Shown: positions 1 to 10,965 of the stretch, in pieces
Numbering within the stretch: position 1 is the stretch's first letter
Layout of the letters: every line of letters begins with the position of its first letter
From: an uncultured Verrucomicrobiae bacterium
GTDB lineage: Bacteria; Verrucomicrobiota; Verrucomicrobiia; Limisphaerales; JAFGQR01
NCBI GenBank assembly: GCA_963788655.1
Contig: CAWBHS010000006.1
Span: 91,699-155,698 of the forward strand
Direction of reading: 5' to 3'
Length of the DNA: 64,000 bases
The notes under the pieces: model-generated
The model's input: only the letters and a program-made list of their open reading frames with translations
What the model was told of the DNA's origin: nothing
Databases searched by the model: none
Made by a program: the position numbers and the translations under genes

Positions 1-161
1 AAAGCTTTGTGCATCCGGGCGTAACCATCGGGGCGGGCGCCGTCATCGGCGCACGGTCAGTGGTGACTCACGACCTCCCCGAATGGATGGTGTGCGCCGG
101 CCATCCTTGCCGTCCGCTCAAACCTCGCGCGATGCAACCACCGTTGGCGTCCGCCGCATGA
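1..161 (+). CDS. 3' end of WcaF-like hexapeptide-repeat O-acetyltransferase (partial)
   Basis: Frame from nt 3 reads [40 protein letters not shown]; its TGA overlaps the next ATG (ATGA 158-161). Confidence 0.8.
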   Translation, partial: SFVHPGVTIGAGAVIGARSVVTHDLPEWMVCAGHPCRPLKPRAMQPPLASAA

Positions 162-1570
162 AGGTGCCCGTTTCCATCTTGATCCCGGTCCGAAACGAGG
201 CGGCCAACCTGCCGCGTTGCCTCGGATCGGTAACGTGGGCGGATGAAATCTGGGTGGTGGATTCGCAAAGCACCGACGATTCGGTTGGCATCGCCACGGC
301 CCGCGGCGCACAGGTGGCACAATTCCATTTCAACGGCACCTGGCCCAAGAAGAAGAATTGGGCGTTGGCCAAGCTTCCGTTCAAGCACGAATGGGTTTTC
401 ATCCTCGATGCCGACGAAGTGTTGCCCCCGGAAGCGGCGGAAGAAATTCGTAGCGTCGTCACCGACTCATCCACGGAAATTGCCGGTTACTGGATCAACC
501 GTCGGTTCTGGTTCATGGGGCAGTGGCTACGGCACGCCTACTATCCGAACTGGAATCTTCGCCTCTTCCGGCATCGGCTGGGGCGTTACGAGCAACTCAC
601 CGCAACCGATACCGCAAGCGGCGACAACGAAGTCCACGAGCACGTAATCGTCCAGGGGCAGACGGCCCGCCTCCGGTGCGAGCTGGACCATTATGCATTT
701 CCGTCCGTCGAGGTATTCGTTGAGAAGCACAATCGCTATTCAAACTGGGAAGCCCGCGTGGCCGTGGCCAATTCGGGGTTCGATGGCGGACCATCCATCC
801 AAAGCCAAACGGTGAATTGGCGGCGCCGATTGAAACGCTGGTCTCAACGGCTGCCGGGACGTCCGTTGCTGCGCTTTCTGTACGTGTATGGGTGGCAACG
901 CGGTTTCCTGGATGGTCGCGCCGGATATTATTTCGCCCGGCTGCATGGCTTTTACGAATTCCTCAGCGTGGCGAAGACACACGAACTGCACAAACTGAAA
1001 CGCGAAGGGCAGTTAAACCCGAAATCCGAAGGTTCGAACGCAGCCACGTCGGGCCGCAGTCGTTCTCCGCTGAACTTCACCCTGACCGTGTTGTTTTGGG
1101 TTTGTCTGGCCGGTGTCTTGTTCTTCGCCTTGCGGCCATCGCCGCACGGGGAACGACTTTCGGGATTGCCGGACCCCATGGCGCTCTGGGTGGCGCTGCA
1201 CGATGGCGGGAGCAATCTGGTCGCGTTCGCCACGTTGGGCTTCCTGGGATTGGTGGCGGAATGGCGGCCCATCTCCAACGGCGGTTCACCAAGTCCGGGG
1301 GCGAGATCGGCCAATGGACGCATCCTAAGACGCCGGCTGCTCTGGCTGTTGGCACTGGTGCCAACCCTGGAACTGGCCCAGTTGGGCATTCCGGGGCGCG
1401 TGTTCGATTGGAATGACATCATCGTGGGTAGCCTGGGCGTGTTATCCGGCTGGACAGCGGGGAAGATCCTTGGCGCGATCATGCGGAAATTGACGAGTTA
1501 CCATTTCGGCGTCTCCACCGTCGAGCGACCGGGAGCACTGCCGCCACCGGTATCCGAGTCCTCTTTATGA
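158..1570 (+). CDS. GT2 glycosyltransferase with C-terminal VanZ-like membrane domain
   Basis: [14 protein letters not shown]...VVDSQSTD...LDADE GT2 motifs; C-terminal TM helices with [20 protein letters not shown]. Confidence 0.85.
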   Translation: MKVPVSILIPVRNEAANLPRCLGSVTWADEIWVVDSQSTDDSVGIATARGAQVAQFHFNGTWPKKKNWALAKLPFKHEWVFILDADEVLPPEAAEEIRSVVTDSSTEIAGYWINRRFWFMGQWLRHAYYPNWNLRLFRHRLGRYEQLTATDTASGDNEVHEHVIVQGQTARLRCELDHYAFPSVEVFVEKHNRYSNWEARVAVANSGFDGGPSIQSQTVNWRRRLKRWSQRLPGRPLLRFLYVYGWQRGFLDGRAGYYFARLHGFYEFLSVAKTHELHKLKREGQLNPKSEGSNAATSGRSRSPLNFTLTVLFWVCLAGVLFFALRPSPHGERLSGLPDPMALWVALHDGGSNLVAFATLGFLGLVAEWRPISNGGSPSPGARSANGRILRRRLLWLLALVPTLELAQLGIPGRVFDWNDIIVGSLGVLSGWTAGKILGAIMRKLTSYHFGVSTVERPGALPPPVSESSL

Positions 1571-2880
1571 AAGTCACCGTTTGGGGCATTAATTACGCGC
1601 CGGAACTGATCGGCATTGGACCGTACAACACGGCACTTTGTGAGTACCTGCACGAACGCGGTCATGACGTGCGGATGGTCACAACGTTTACCTACTACCC
1701 GGCGTGGCGGAAACAAGCGTCCGAAGCCTCGAAGCTCTATCGCACTGACAACGTCGAGGGCGTGACGGTGCATCGTTGCTGGCATTACGTTCCCCGCCGG
1801 GCTTCGACACTCAAACGCATTTTCCACGAAGGCTCGTTCGTGTTCACGTCCTTGCTGCGTCAACTTGTGCTCCCCCGCGCGGACGTGCTCGTGGTGGTGT
1901 CCCCGCCGTTGTTGTTGGGCGCGGCAGCGTGGTTGTTGGGGAAACTGAAGCGCATGCCGTTTGTGTTTCACGTGCAGGATCTGCAACCCGACGCGGCCGC
2001 CAGCCTGGGCATGCTCAAACAATCCGGTTTGCTGGGTGCGCTTCGTGGCCTGGAAAAGTTCGCGTATCGAAAAGCCGGCCTGGTTAGCGGCATTATGCCC
2101 GGCATGCTGGCTTCGTTTGAACGTAAAGGGGTGGAGGCGGCGCGCCGGTGCTATTTTCCCAATCCCGTGGAGTTAAGCAAACCCTTCGAACCGACGGTGC
2201 GCGGTCGATTTCGGCAACGGTTGGGGATGGACGAAACCGATTTCCTGGCGGTGTATTCGGGTAACCTGGGCGTCAAACAAGGGCTGGATGTTCTGATTGA
2301 AGCGGCGCGTTGCGTGAAACACCCGCGCGTCCGTTTGGTGATCTGCGGCAATGGCAGCCAGCGGGTGCGGTTAGTGCGGCTGGTGCATCGTTACGAATTG
2401 GGCAACGTGGTGATTGTGGATCTGCAACCGCCGGACCGCTACGCCGAACTGCTGGTCGATGCGGACGTGTGCGTCATTCCGCAGCAACCGGGTTCGGGCG
2501 GCTGTTTTTTCCCGAGCAAACTGCTCACGACGCTGACCTACGCTCGGCCGGTGCTGACGGTGGCTGATGATCAAAGCGACTTGGTCGTGGCACTGAAGGA
2601 AGGACGCTTTGGGGTGAACGTGCCGCCCGGCGAACCACAGCAACTCGCCGAAGTGCTCGAGCAACTGGCCGATCAACCGCAGCAGCTTCAGAAATACGGG
2701 GAAGCTGGCCACCGCTATGTCACGCAGTTTGAACGGACCCAAGTGCTTGGCCAATTCGAACGCGTCTTGCAGGGGTTGGTCGAGCCGGCAACGGTGCGGG
2801 CGCAACCGGAAGTCGCCGTCCCCAAGATTGTGCGCCTTCCGGGAACAGAATCGGCACCGGCGAAAAAGAAGGCGGCGTAA
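1567..2880 (+). CDS. WcaI-like GT4 glycosyltransferase
   Basis: GINYAPELIGIGPY, HVQDLQPDAA, YSGNLGVKQG, FPSKL. Confidence 0.9.
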   Translation: MKVTVWGINYAPELIGIGPYNTALCEYLHERGHDVRMVTTFTYYPAWRKQASEASKLYRTDNVEGVTVHRCWHYVPRRASTLKRIFHEGSFVFTSLLRQLVLPRADVLVVVSPPLLLGAAAWLLGKLKRMPFVFHVQDLQPDAAASLGMLKQSGLLGALRGLEKFAYRKAGLVSGIMPGMLASFERKGVEAARRCYFPNPVELSKPFEPTVRGRFRQRLGMDETDFLAVYSGNLGVKQGLDVLIEAARCVKHPRVRLVICGNGSQRVRLVRLVHRYELGNVVIVDLQPPDRYAELLVDADVCVIPQQPGSGGCFFPSKLLTTLTYARPVLTVADDQSDLVVALKEGRFGVNVPPGEPQQLAEVLEQLADQPQQLQKYGEAGHRYVTQFERTQVLGQFERVLQGLVEPATVRAQPEVAVPKIVRLPGTESAPAKKKAA

Positions 2881-2902
2881 GAAGATCCTTTGCTTTCAAT
2901 CG

Positions 2903-2940
2903 AACGGCGCGGGTGGAGAACCGGCGCCGTTTTTGTTTTT
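2903..2940 (+). terminator. Intrinsic terminator after the GT4 gene
   Basis: AACGGCGC...GCGCCGTT stem followed by TTTGTTTTT. Confidence 0.65.
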
Positions 2941-2976
2941 GCAGGAAGGTTTACCGCGGTGCGGGCAGCACCCACC

Positions 2977-3081
2977 GAAAGCGGGAGCAAGCTCCACGCA
3001 CTCCAAACGCTGCCCGAGGTGCGGGCGCCCCATCGGATTTCGCGCCAGCGTTTGGAGTGCGTCCGGCTTGCCGGCGCTTTC
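2977..3081. repeat. REP-type inverted repeat pair (GCACTCCAAACGCTG / CAGCGTTTGGAGTGC)
   Basis: Two ~35 bp arms in inverted orientation between convergent genes. Confidence 0.8.
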
Positions 3082-3124
3082 GCACGGTGAATGGCAGTCA
3101 ATTTCCCAACCGCCTTTCCACATT

Positions 3125-4522
3125 TTAGTAGGCCGTGCCCGGGGGCAAAAGCATCTGTACCGCCGTTCGAAGGATGATCGCCAGGTCGGCGCTCAACGAC
3201 CAATTTTCCAGGTAGTACAGGTCAGATTCAATTCGCTGCCGCACCCTGCCTTCGTCAGTGGCTTCGCCACGAAACCCGCGCACCTGCGCCAGACCGGTGA
3301 TTCCCGGTTTGGCAAAACTGCGGATGTAATAGTTTTGCATGACGCGCGCAAACAAGACGTCGTGTTCCGGCAGGTGCGGACGCGGTCCCACCACGCTCAT
3401 CTCCCCCCGCAAGACGTTCACAAACTGAGGCAGTTCATCCAGGCTGAGCCGTCGCAACCACCGGCCGGCAGCAAAAATGCGCCGGTCGTGTTTCGTAGCC
3501 TGCCGCGCCGCGTTCGTGGTTTGTCCGTGCATCGTGCGAAACTTGAGGATGCGAAAACATCGATGATGAAAGCCGGCGCGTTCCTGGCAATACAACAGCG
3601 GCCCCGGGGACTGCCGGCGTTGCAGCCACCAAACCACCAGCGCCATGGGGGGCAAGACCAGGAGCACGATGGGTAACGCGACGGCCACGTCGAGCGCTCG
3701 TTTCAGGGCGCGGTTAAAAGGATTCTCCAACGGCTCCTGCCGTAACGCAAAAATGTGGCGTCCGTCGTTTTCCAAGTGGATTACCCGGTGGCGAAACTTT
3801 TCCTCCAGATCGCTGATGACCAGGAACCGCACGCCCAGCAGTTCGCATAACGCCGAGAGCCGGCTGAGGAACACCGGCCAGGCGGGCAATTCCGCCGCAA
3901 TGACCTGGGTGACCTGCTGCTCGCGAATGATGCGCTCGAGGTCGTCCACGCGCCCCAACACCGGCCAATCGCCAACCCGTTTCACCCGTTCGTCGCACAG
4001 CACGCCCACCATCTCGAGGCCAAATTGTGCTTTGCGTGCCAACCAATCGGTCATGGCAAAAATCTTCTTACTGGAACCAATGAGGACCGTTCGCTCCTTG
4101 GGACCCCGTTGAAAACTGAAGTGGGCAATGATTGGCGGCAGTTTCCACGCACTCCAAAGCAATAACACGTATAGCACCGGCAGAAAGCTGAACAGGAACA
4201 TCCGCGAAATTACGGCGTCCTTGGTCGCCACCAGGAAGAAGACCACCGGCCCAGCGGCCCAGAGGGTCTGTCGCAACGCGAGACGATGTTTGTTGAGCAA
4301 GCCCTCCTGAAACACCTGCGCTTCACGGTCGTAGCGAAAGCTGGCCTCCAGCAGCAATCCCATGAGGAACAAAACGCAATACAGGACGTAATTCTTCAGA
4401 GCTGCGGCTTCCGCATAAAAATGCTCTACCACCAGGAAATGACCCCAGTACGCCACCACGCAACAGCCTAGTTGCAGCACTGCCAGCAGATCGTAAAAGC
4501 CGCGGATGCGTTGCGTAATCAT
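3125..4522 (-). CDS. Undecaprenyl-phosphate glucose phosphotransferase (WcaJ-like priming GT)
   Basis: 4 N-terminal TMs, KRALDV, KFRTM, SLDELPQF.NVL.GEMSVVGPRP, KPGITGLAQV. Confidence 0.9.
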   Translation of the reverse strand: MITQRIRGFYDLLAVLQLGCCVVAYWGHFLVVEHFYAEAAALKNYVLYCVLFLMGLLLEASFRYDREAQVFQEGLLNKHRLALRQTLWAAGPVVFFLVATKDAVISRMFLFSFLPVLYVLLLWSAWKLPPIIAHFSFQRGPKERTVLIGSSKKIFAMTDWLARKAQFGLEMVGVLCDERVKRVGDWPVLGRVDDLERIIREQQVTQVIAAELPAWPVFLSRLSALCELLGVRFLVISDLEEKFRHRVIHLENDGRHIFALRQEPLENPFNRALKRALDVAVALPIVLLVLPPMALVVWWLQRRQSPGPLLYCQERAGFHHRCFRILKFRTMHGQTTNAARQATKHDRRIFAAGRWLRRLSLDELPQFVNVLRGEMSVVGPRPHLPEHDVLFARVMQNYYIRSFAKPGITGLAQVRGFRGEATDEGRVRQRIESDLYYLENWSLSADLAIILRTAVQMLLPPGTAY

Positions 4523-4634
4523 GGGAAATAGGCAGCGCAGAGTTGCGCTCTCGCAGCCGCAGGCGTGCGGTGGATGCAATTCGCAATGACCCGGATAAAC
4601 CCGTATTCGCAGGAGCCTGAAGTCCAGCCGGTCG

Positions 4635-5840
4635 CTAAACTGCCTCGCGCAGCGAGGAATTGCCGAGTTCCTTTCGCCATATTTCTACGCGGTCCTGCAA
4701 CTCCAGTTCTGTCAAATAGGCCATATCAAGCTGGCTGGGGGCAATGTTCACGCCACCGGCGTCCTTCTCGTGATGCAGGCAATTGGCCACGTGCAGGGCG
4801 GTGGTCAGCGTAAAGCTCTTGGTGTCGTCGGCGGTCGGGCGATGATGCCGCGCGACGGCTTCCACCAACGGAGTGGGCAATCCCCACAAGCCAAGCAGAT
4901 ACGCGCCCACCTCCGCGTGGGTCGAGCCGAGCAGTTCCAGTTCGGCCTGCCAGAGGGGAACGCGATTGCGGCGCTGGTGCTGCACCACGTCGGGATATTC
5001 CTTGGGCAGACCCGTGGCCAATACCAGCTTGCCCACGTCGTGGAGCAAGCCGCACAGAAACGCATGATCGGCCGCGCGGGCGTTGAGCGATTCGATCTCC
5101 GCGAGATCCTTGGCCAAAGCCCCGGTGGCCCAGCAATGACTCCACAGGCGGTCAAAGGAAATGACATTCAGTTTAGTGTCGAAGCCGTTAAGAATCCCGA
5201 TGGAAAGCACCAAACGTTTGACGGTGTTGATGCCCAAATACAGAATGGCTTCGCCGGGATTCGTCACGTTCTCGGGCAAGCCAAAGAAGGGAGAATTCAC
5301 CAGTTGCAGCAACTTGGCGCACATCCCCAGGTCCTGCGAAATCAAGTGACCCAGTTTGATCACCGAAGGATCTTCATTCCGCAATTCCTTGAGCACTTCG
5401 TTGTACACGGTGGGTACCATGGGCAGGGTCTGTACCTGCGACACGAGGCGCTTCAGTTTCTCGTCGGTCAAAAAGTCGCGCAGCACGAACGCCCGTTGCA
5501 CTGCATCGCGCAGCACGTCCGCTTCGCACGGTTTGGACAGATACTGGTGCGCCGGTCCGACGAACTGCGGCATGGCCCCCTGGTTCGACTGTTCGGATAC
5601 GAGAATACGCACCGCGTCCGGAAACTGCTCCGCCACGTAGTTCAACAATTTCGCCCCCGTGGTTCCCGGCATCACGTCATCGGCTACGACCACGTCGAAA
5701 GCGGATTGCGTCATCAACTCCAAGGCCTTTGCACCGCTTTCCGCGAACGACATGTCCCAGTCGGCACAAGCATCGCCGAGGTCACGTTTCAACTCCGCCA
5801 AAACCAGCGGCTCGTCATCAACCAGCAAAATTCGAATCAT
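4635..5840 (-). CDS. Response regulator, REC + HDOD domain
   Basis: MIRILLVDDE receiver; LVNSPFFG, GLLHDVGKL, HAEVGAYLLGLWGLP HDOD motifs. Confidence 0.9.
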   Translation of the reverse strand: MIRILLVDDEPLVLAELKRDLGDACADWDMSFAESGAKALELMTQSAFDVVVADDVMPGTTGAKLLNYVAEQFPDAVRILVSEQSNQGAMPQFVGPAHQYLSKPCEADVLRDAVQRAFVLRDFLTDEKLKRLVSQVQTLPMVPTVYNEVLKELRNEDPSVIKLGHLISQDLGMCAKLLQLVNSPFFGLPENVTNPGEAILYLGINTVKRLVLSIGILNGFDTKLNVISFDRLWSHCWATGALAKDLAEIESLNARAADHAFLCGLLHDVGKLVLATGLPKEYPDVVQHQRRNRVPLWQAELELLGSTHAEVGAYLLGLWGLPTPLVEAVARHHRPTADDTKSFTLTTALHVANCLHHEKDAGGVNIAPSQLDMAYLTELELQDRVEIWRKELGNSSLREAV

Positions 5841-6120
5841 AGAATTAACCGGGGAGCAGATTCCCAGTCTAAAGACGCCGCTTCGAAAAACAACGTTGTG
5901 AGTTTTGAAAACAAGGGAAGCCGATCGTTTCCGAAACGAAGCGATTGCCGTCGGAAAGAGTTGCCGGAGGGAAGAGCAAACCCGAAGGCCTCCTCGCCGC
6001 GAAGCGCTCAAGCCCTCGGTTCATTTCCGTTGGTTCACCATTCATTCCATTGCCAATCAACAGGTTTCGATAGTTACAAATGTCGCCGCCACAGGCGCCG
6101 ATGCTTCACGCCCATTGCCA

Positions 6121-6136
6121 AGCATGGCTTGTTCCA
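6121..6136 (-). promoter_or_regulatory. Candidate sigma-54 -24/-12 promoter
   Basis: TGGAACAAGCCATGCT on the minus strand vs TGGCACRNNNNTTGCW; correct GG/GC spacing. Confidence 0.3.
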
Positions 6137-6530
6137 AGCAGCAAAGACAGAGTAACGGCCAGGATCAAAAGACATCGGAGCCATCCTTACTCGCGGATTT
6201 GACCAACAACTCACTCAAACCTGGACTTTCGATATTTCTTAGACCTCGCCGGAACAGGGATCGGGGTTCCCGGGCAAATCGGTCGTACCAACTGCATCTC
6301 CTGGCGGGTTGAACGCTATGCGGGGCTGGGGCTGGCGCCGACGCGGCCACGTCGTGGAGTCCGACAGCTCGCACAGCTCCTGGTCATTCGAATCGGCGAC
6401 GATATTCCAGCGAGTGTGCTGCCCTACTGGAAGCGTCCAAACGTCAGGGTGTACTGGCTCGCTTGTCCAATTCGCAAATGGTGGGTTACCGCTCGAACTC
6501 ACCGTCGAGGAGGATTGCGAGACAGAACTT

Positions 6531-7400
6531 TCAAACGGTGACCTTGGACAGTGTCGGCGCCAACCAACCGTTGGAAGCGATGACGCGATACCGGTCGGCC
6601 GACATGGCGGGCTCGTGCCAAAACTGGCCGCCGGCGCATTCGATGATCAAACCGCCCGCCGCAATGTCCCACAGGCGCAAGCCGTATTCGATATAGGCAT
6701 CCATCCGTCCCGAGGCGACATACGTCAGCGACAATGCGGCCGCGCCCATGATGCGGATCTTGCGCACCCGGTGGACCAGGTGTTGGAACGTCGGCAACAT
6801 GCGTTCGAGGGTATATTTCTCCTTGGCGAAACCAATGGACACAATCGCCTCGTTCAACCGCCGCCGCGAGCTGACCCGGGTCACTTTGCCGTTGAGCCGG
6901 GCAGCTTGCCCGCGGATGGCCGTCCACAAGTCGTCGCAAAACGGATCATAAACCACACCCAGGATGGTCTCGAAAGAAGGCGGCAGCGGCTTGGCCGGTT
7001 TGCGGCGGACCCGCACGATGGATTGGGCTTCCGCGACCGGTGGTTGAAGCTTGCGCACCTGGAGGGCAATCGAAGTGCAGGCGTGCGGAATGCCGTAACT
7101 GAAATTAACGGTGCCATCGATCGGATCAACCACCCACCGATAATCGGCGTCCGGATCGCCCACCACGCCTTCTTCGCCGAGAATGGCGGTCTTCGGAAAC
7201 GCTTTGCGGAGCGTCCGCTCGATGGTTTTCTGGCAACGGACGTCCAGTTCCAATTTGATGTCGTGTTGCGTTTGCGAGTTGATCTTCTTGCGCGATCCCA
7301 TGTTGGTGCGCATCAGGTGTCCAGCGGCATGCGCGGCTTCCACCGCACACTCCAGGGCTTTGCCTGCGGTTAATGCCGCTGCTTCAGTCCGTTTTTCCAT
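6531..7400 (-). CDS. suhB: Inositol monophosphatase family protein
   Basis: GEE, WVVDPIDGTVNF, GAAALSL.YVASG, WDIAAG. Confidence 0.9.
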   Translation of the reverse strand: MEKRTEAAALTAGKALECAVEAAHAAGHLMRTNMGSRKKINSQTQHDIKLELDVRCQKTIERTLRKAFPKTAILGEEGVVGDPDADYRWVVDPIDGTVNFSYGIPHACTSIALQVRKLQPPVAEAQSIVRVRRKPAKPLPPSFETILGVVYDPFCDDLWTAIRGQAARLNGKVTRVSSRRRLNEAIVSIGFAKEKYTLERMLPTFQHLVHRVRKIRIMGAAALSLTYVASGRMDAYIEYGLRLWDIAAGGLIIECAGGQFWHEPAMSADRYRVIASNGWLAPTLSKVTV

Positions 7401-7469
7401 GGCGGAAGTTTAGGGGCGCTGCGGCGACGGAGCAAACCTTGTGTGAATTGAGAAATGAGTTGTAACGCG

Positions 7470-7826
7470 CTAATCGTCGGTGGCTGGCGAATTGGTCTGG
7501 ATCCGATTGATCGCCTTGGCCGCGCGATTGCGAACAATATCACGCGGATCATTGGTGGCGCGTTCGAGTGCCCCCAAGGCTGGACGCGCCGCGGATCCCA
7601 CTTCGAACAACGTGCGCGCCGCCAGATAACGCACTTCTGAATCGGGATCTTGCAGCGCTTGAATCAAGTCGGGCACGGCGGGGGCGGCGTCCGGGCCGAA
7701 TTGTTCGCACACAGTGAGCGCTTCACGTCTGGCTTCCACGTCGCCGTGTTGGATGGCGCTGGCCAGGGCCGTCAAGCTGACCGGATCCCGACAGTGCAGG
7801 GCAACAATCAGTTTGACCTGCTTCAT
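7470..7826 (-). CDS. Small HEAT-repeat protein
   Basis: AVPDLIQALQDPDSEVRYLAARTL and a second repeat. Confidence 0.7.
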   Translation of the reverse strand: MKQVKLIVALHCRDPVSLTALASAIQHGDVEARREALTVCEQFGPDAAPAVPDLIQALQDPDSEVRYLAARTLFEVGSAARPALGALERATNDPRDIVRNRAAKAINRIQTNSPATDD

Positions 7827-7832
7827 CAACTC

Positions 7833-8005
7833 GGTAGGGCAAGACTCCGTCGAGCCCTGATTTCCCCGAATGGCATTCGCAAATCCACAACCGACCAAAG
7901 GGAAATTGGGGGTGTTCGATACATCCAAAGCCTTTCCGCGGTTTCGGTTTATTGAATTCGAAAACGTTTCGGAGAAATCACGGCTCGACGGAGTCTCGCC
8001 CTACC
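7833..8005. repeat. MITE/REPIN family A copy 1
   Basis: GGTAGGGCAAGACTCCGTCGAGCCCTGATTTC ... GAAATCACGGCTCGACGGAGTCTCGCCCTACC terminal inverted repeats; interior homologous to the copies at 42.2 and 46.8 kb. Confidence 0.85.
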
Positions 8006-8037
8006 GCGGGTTGGGGTGCTCAGTAAGAAGGCCAAGG

Positions 8038-8157
8038 GGGAAGCGCGCCCGCCGGTTGACCCCGGGACTGAGCCGTCAATGAATAGTGAGTCCCTTGGGA
8101 TCTTCGAAAGTAGTTGGCGAGGCGCCAACCACGGCGCCCGAGGCAGGCGCGCTCCCC
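8038..8157. repeat. REP-like inverted pair
   Basis: GGGAAGCGCGCCCGCC ... GGCAGGCGCGCTCCCC downstream of atpC. Confidence 0.5.
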
Positions 8158-8177
8158 TTTCTAACTGAATCGCTGCG

Positions 8178-8588
8178 CTAAGAGGGCCGGCGACGCTTTA
8201 CTTTCAATTGGGCCAGCGAATTGGCCAGGGAGGCATTGACGGCAGCGGATTCGGCGGCGCTTAGTTTCTCCTGCAATCGGGCTTCGGCACGGCGGCGGGC
8301 TTCTTCGGCCATCGCCTCGTCGATGTCTTTTGCCTGAATGGCCATGTCGGTCATGATGGCGACGCGTTCGCCGGTGATCTCCGCGAAGCCGTCGCCTACC
8401 GCGAGGAAAATTTCTTCGTTGCCCTTGCGCACCGTCAATTGGCCGGCCTGGAGTTGGGTCATCAACGGCACGTGTGAAGGGAAGATGCCCATCTCGCCTT
8501 CCGCACCGGGCAGCGTGACCATCTCCACGTCGTCGGAGAAGGTCTGGGCTTCGGGCGTAACGATTTCGAGTCTTAAGGTGTTGGCCAT
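8178..8588 (-). CDS. atpC: ATP synthase F1 epsilon
   Basis: LEIVTPE...LPGAEGEMGIFPSH; last gene of operon. Confidence 0.95.
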   Translation of the reverse strand: MANTLRLEIVTPEAQTFSDDVEMVTLPGAEGEMGIFPSHVPLMTQLQAGQLTVRKGNEEIFLAVGDGFAEITGERVAIMTDMAIQAKDIDEAMAEEARRRAEARLQEKLSAAESAAVNASLANSLAQLKVKRRRPS

Positions 8589-8620
8589 GGTGCGCGTGGA
8601 TGGTGGCGGCCGGGCGTAGC

Positions 8621-10063
<1,443 letters not shown>

Positions 10064-10942
10064 CTAGCCCATGGACATTTGAGCCGAGGCGATTTCCAAC
10101 AGTTCTTTGGTGATGGTGGCCTGGCGAATCTTGTTATATTCGACGGTCAGATCCTTGATCAGTTGCAGCGCATTGTCCGTGGCGTTCTTCATGGCCACCA
10201 TGCGGGCGCTGTGTTCGCTGGCCTTGGCTTCCAACAGCAACTGGTAAATCTGGAAGTTGAGATAATGCGGCAGCAAGCCGCCCAGCACCGCGCCGGCGCT
10301 GGGTTCGAACTGGAACTCGGTAGCGCCGGTGGAAAACGGTTGGGGTTGGGCCTCGGACTGAGGGCCAGCCTGCACGGCTTGAATTTGGCCAATGGGCAAC
10401 AGGGGCAACCGCTGGGGCTTCTGGCTCAGGGTCGAGAGAAACCGATTGTAAAGCACGTCCACCGTATCGACTTCTTTTTTCAAAAACATGTCCTGCACGA
10501 ACTTCGAAATGGCACGCGCTTCGGTGAACGTGGGGGCATCTTTGTAGGTGAATTCCGCCGCCAGTTTCCGCTTGGTGCGCGCGATGAACTGGGAGGCCTT
10601 GCGGCCCGCGGTAATGAACACCGTGGTGTCGCTGTCGTATTGGGCCGTTTCGCGCATCAAGTTGCCGTTGAGCGCGCCGCAAAGTCCCTTGTCGGTGCTG
10701 ATCAGGATGACGGCCCGCTGGTTAACCCGGCGCGGATCCATCAGCGGATGCGAGAAATCGCCCGCGTGGGCAGTGACTTCGCCCAGCACTTTGTTCATGA
10801 GCGTGGCATACGGACGCCCCGCCATCGCCGCCTGCTGGGCGCGCCGCATTTTCGACGAAGCCACCATCTGCATTGCCTTCGTGATCTGCGAGGTGTTCTT
10901 AATCGACCGGATGCGGCGTTGTATATTACGGGGACTGGGCAT
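10064..10942 (-). CDS. atpG: ATP synthase F1 gamma
   Basis: ITKAMQMV, DKGLCG, ASEHSARMVAM, RQATITKEL. Confidence 0.97.
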   Translation of the reverse strand: MPSPRNIQRRIRSIKNTSQITKAMQMVASSKMRRAQQAAMAGRPYATLMNKVLGEVTAHAGDFSHPLMDPRRVNQRAVILISTDKGLCGALNGNLMRETAQYDSDTTVFITAGRKASQFIARTKRKLAAEFTYKDAPTFTEARAISKFVQDMFLKKEVDTVDVLYNRFLSTLSQKPQRLPLLPIGQIQAVQAGPQSEAQPQPFSTGATEFQFEPSAGAVLGGLLPHYLNFQIYQLLLEAKASEHSARMVAMKNATDNALQLIKDLTVEYNKIRQATITKELLEIASAQMSMG

Positions 10943-10965
10943 GGCCGGGGGGTGCTGTGAGCGCC

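Noticed and set aside
5900..6010. c-di-GMP (GEMM) riboswitch-like GCAAACCCGAAGG...CGCGAAGC
   Set aside because: Wrong strand for the HDOD gene, and the conserved stems/GAAA loop are not matched.
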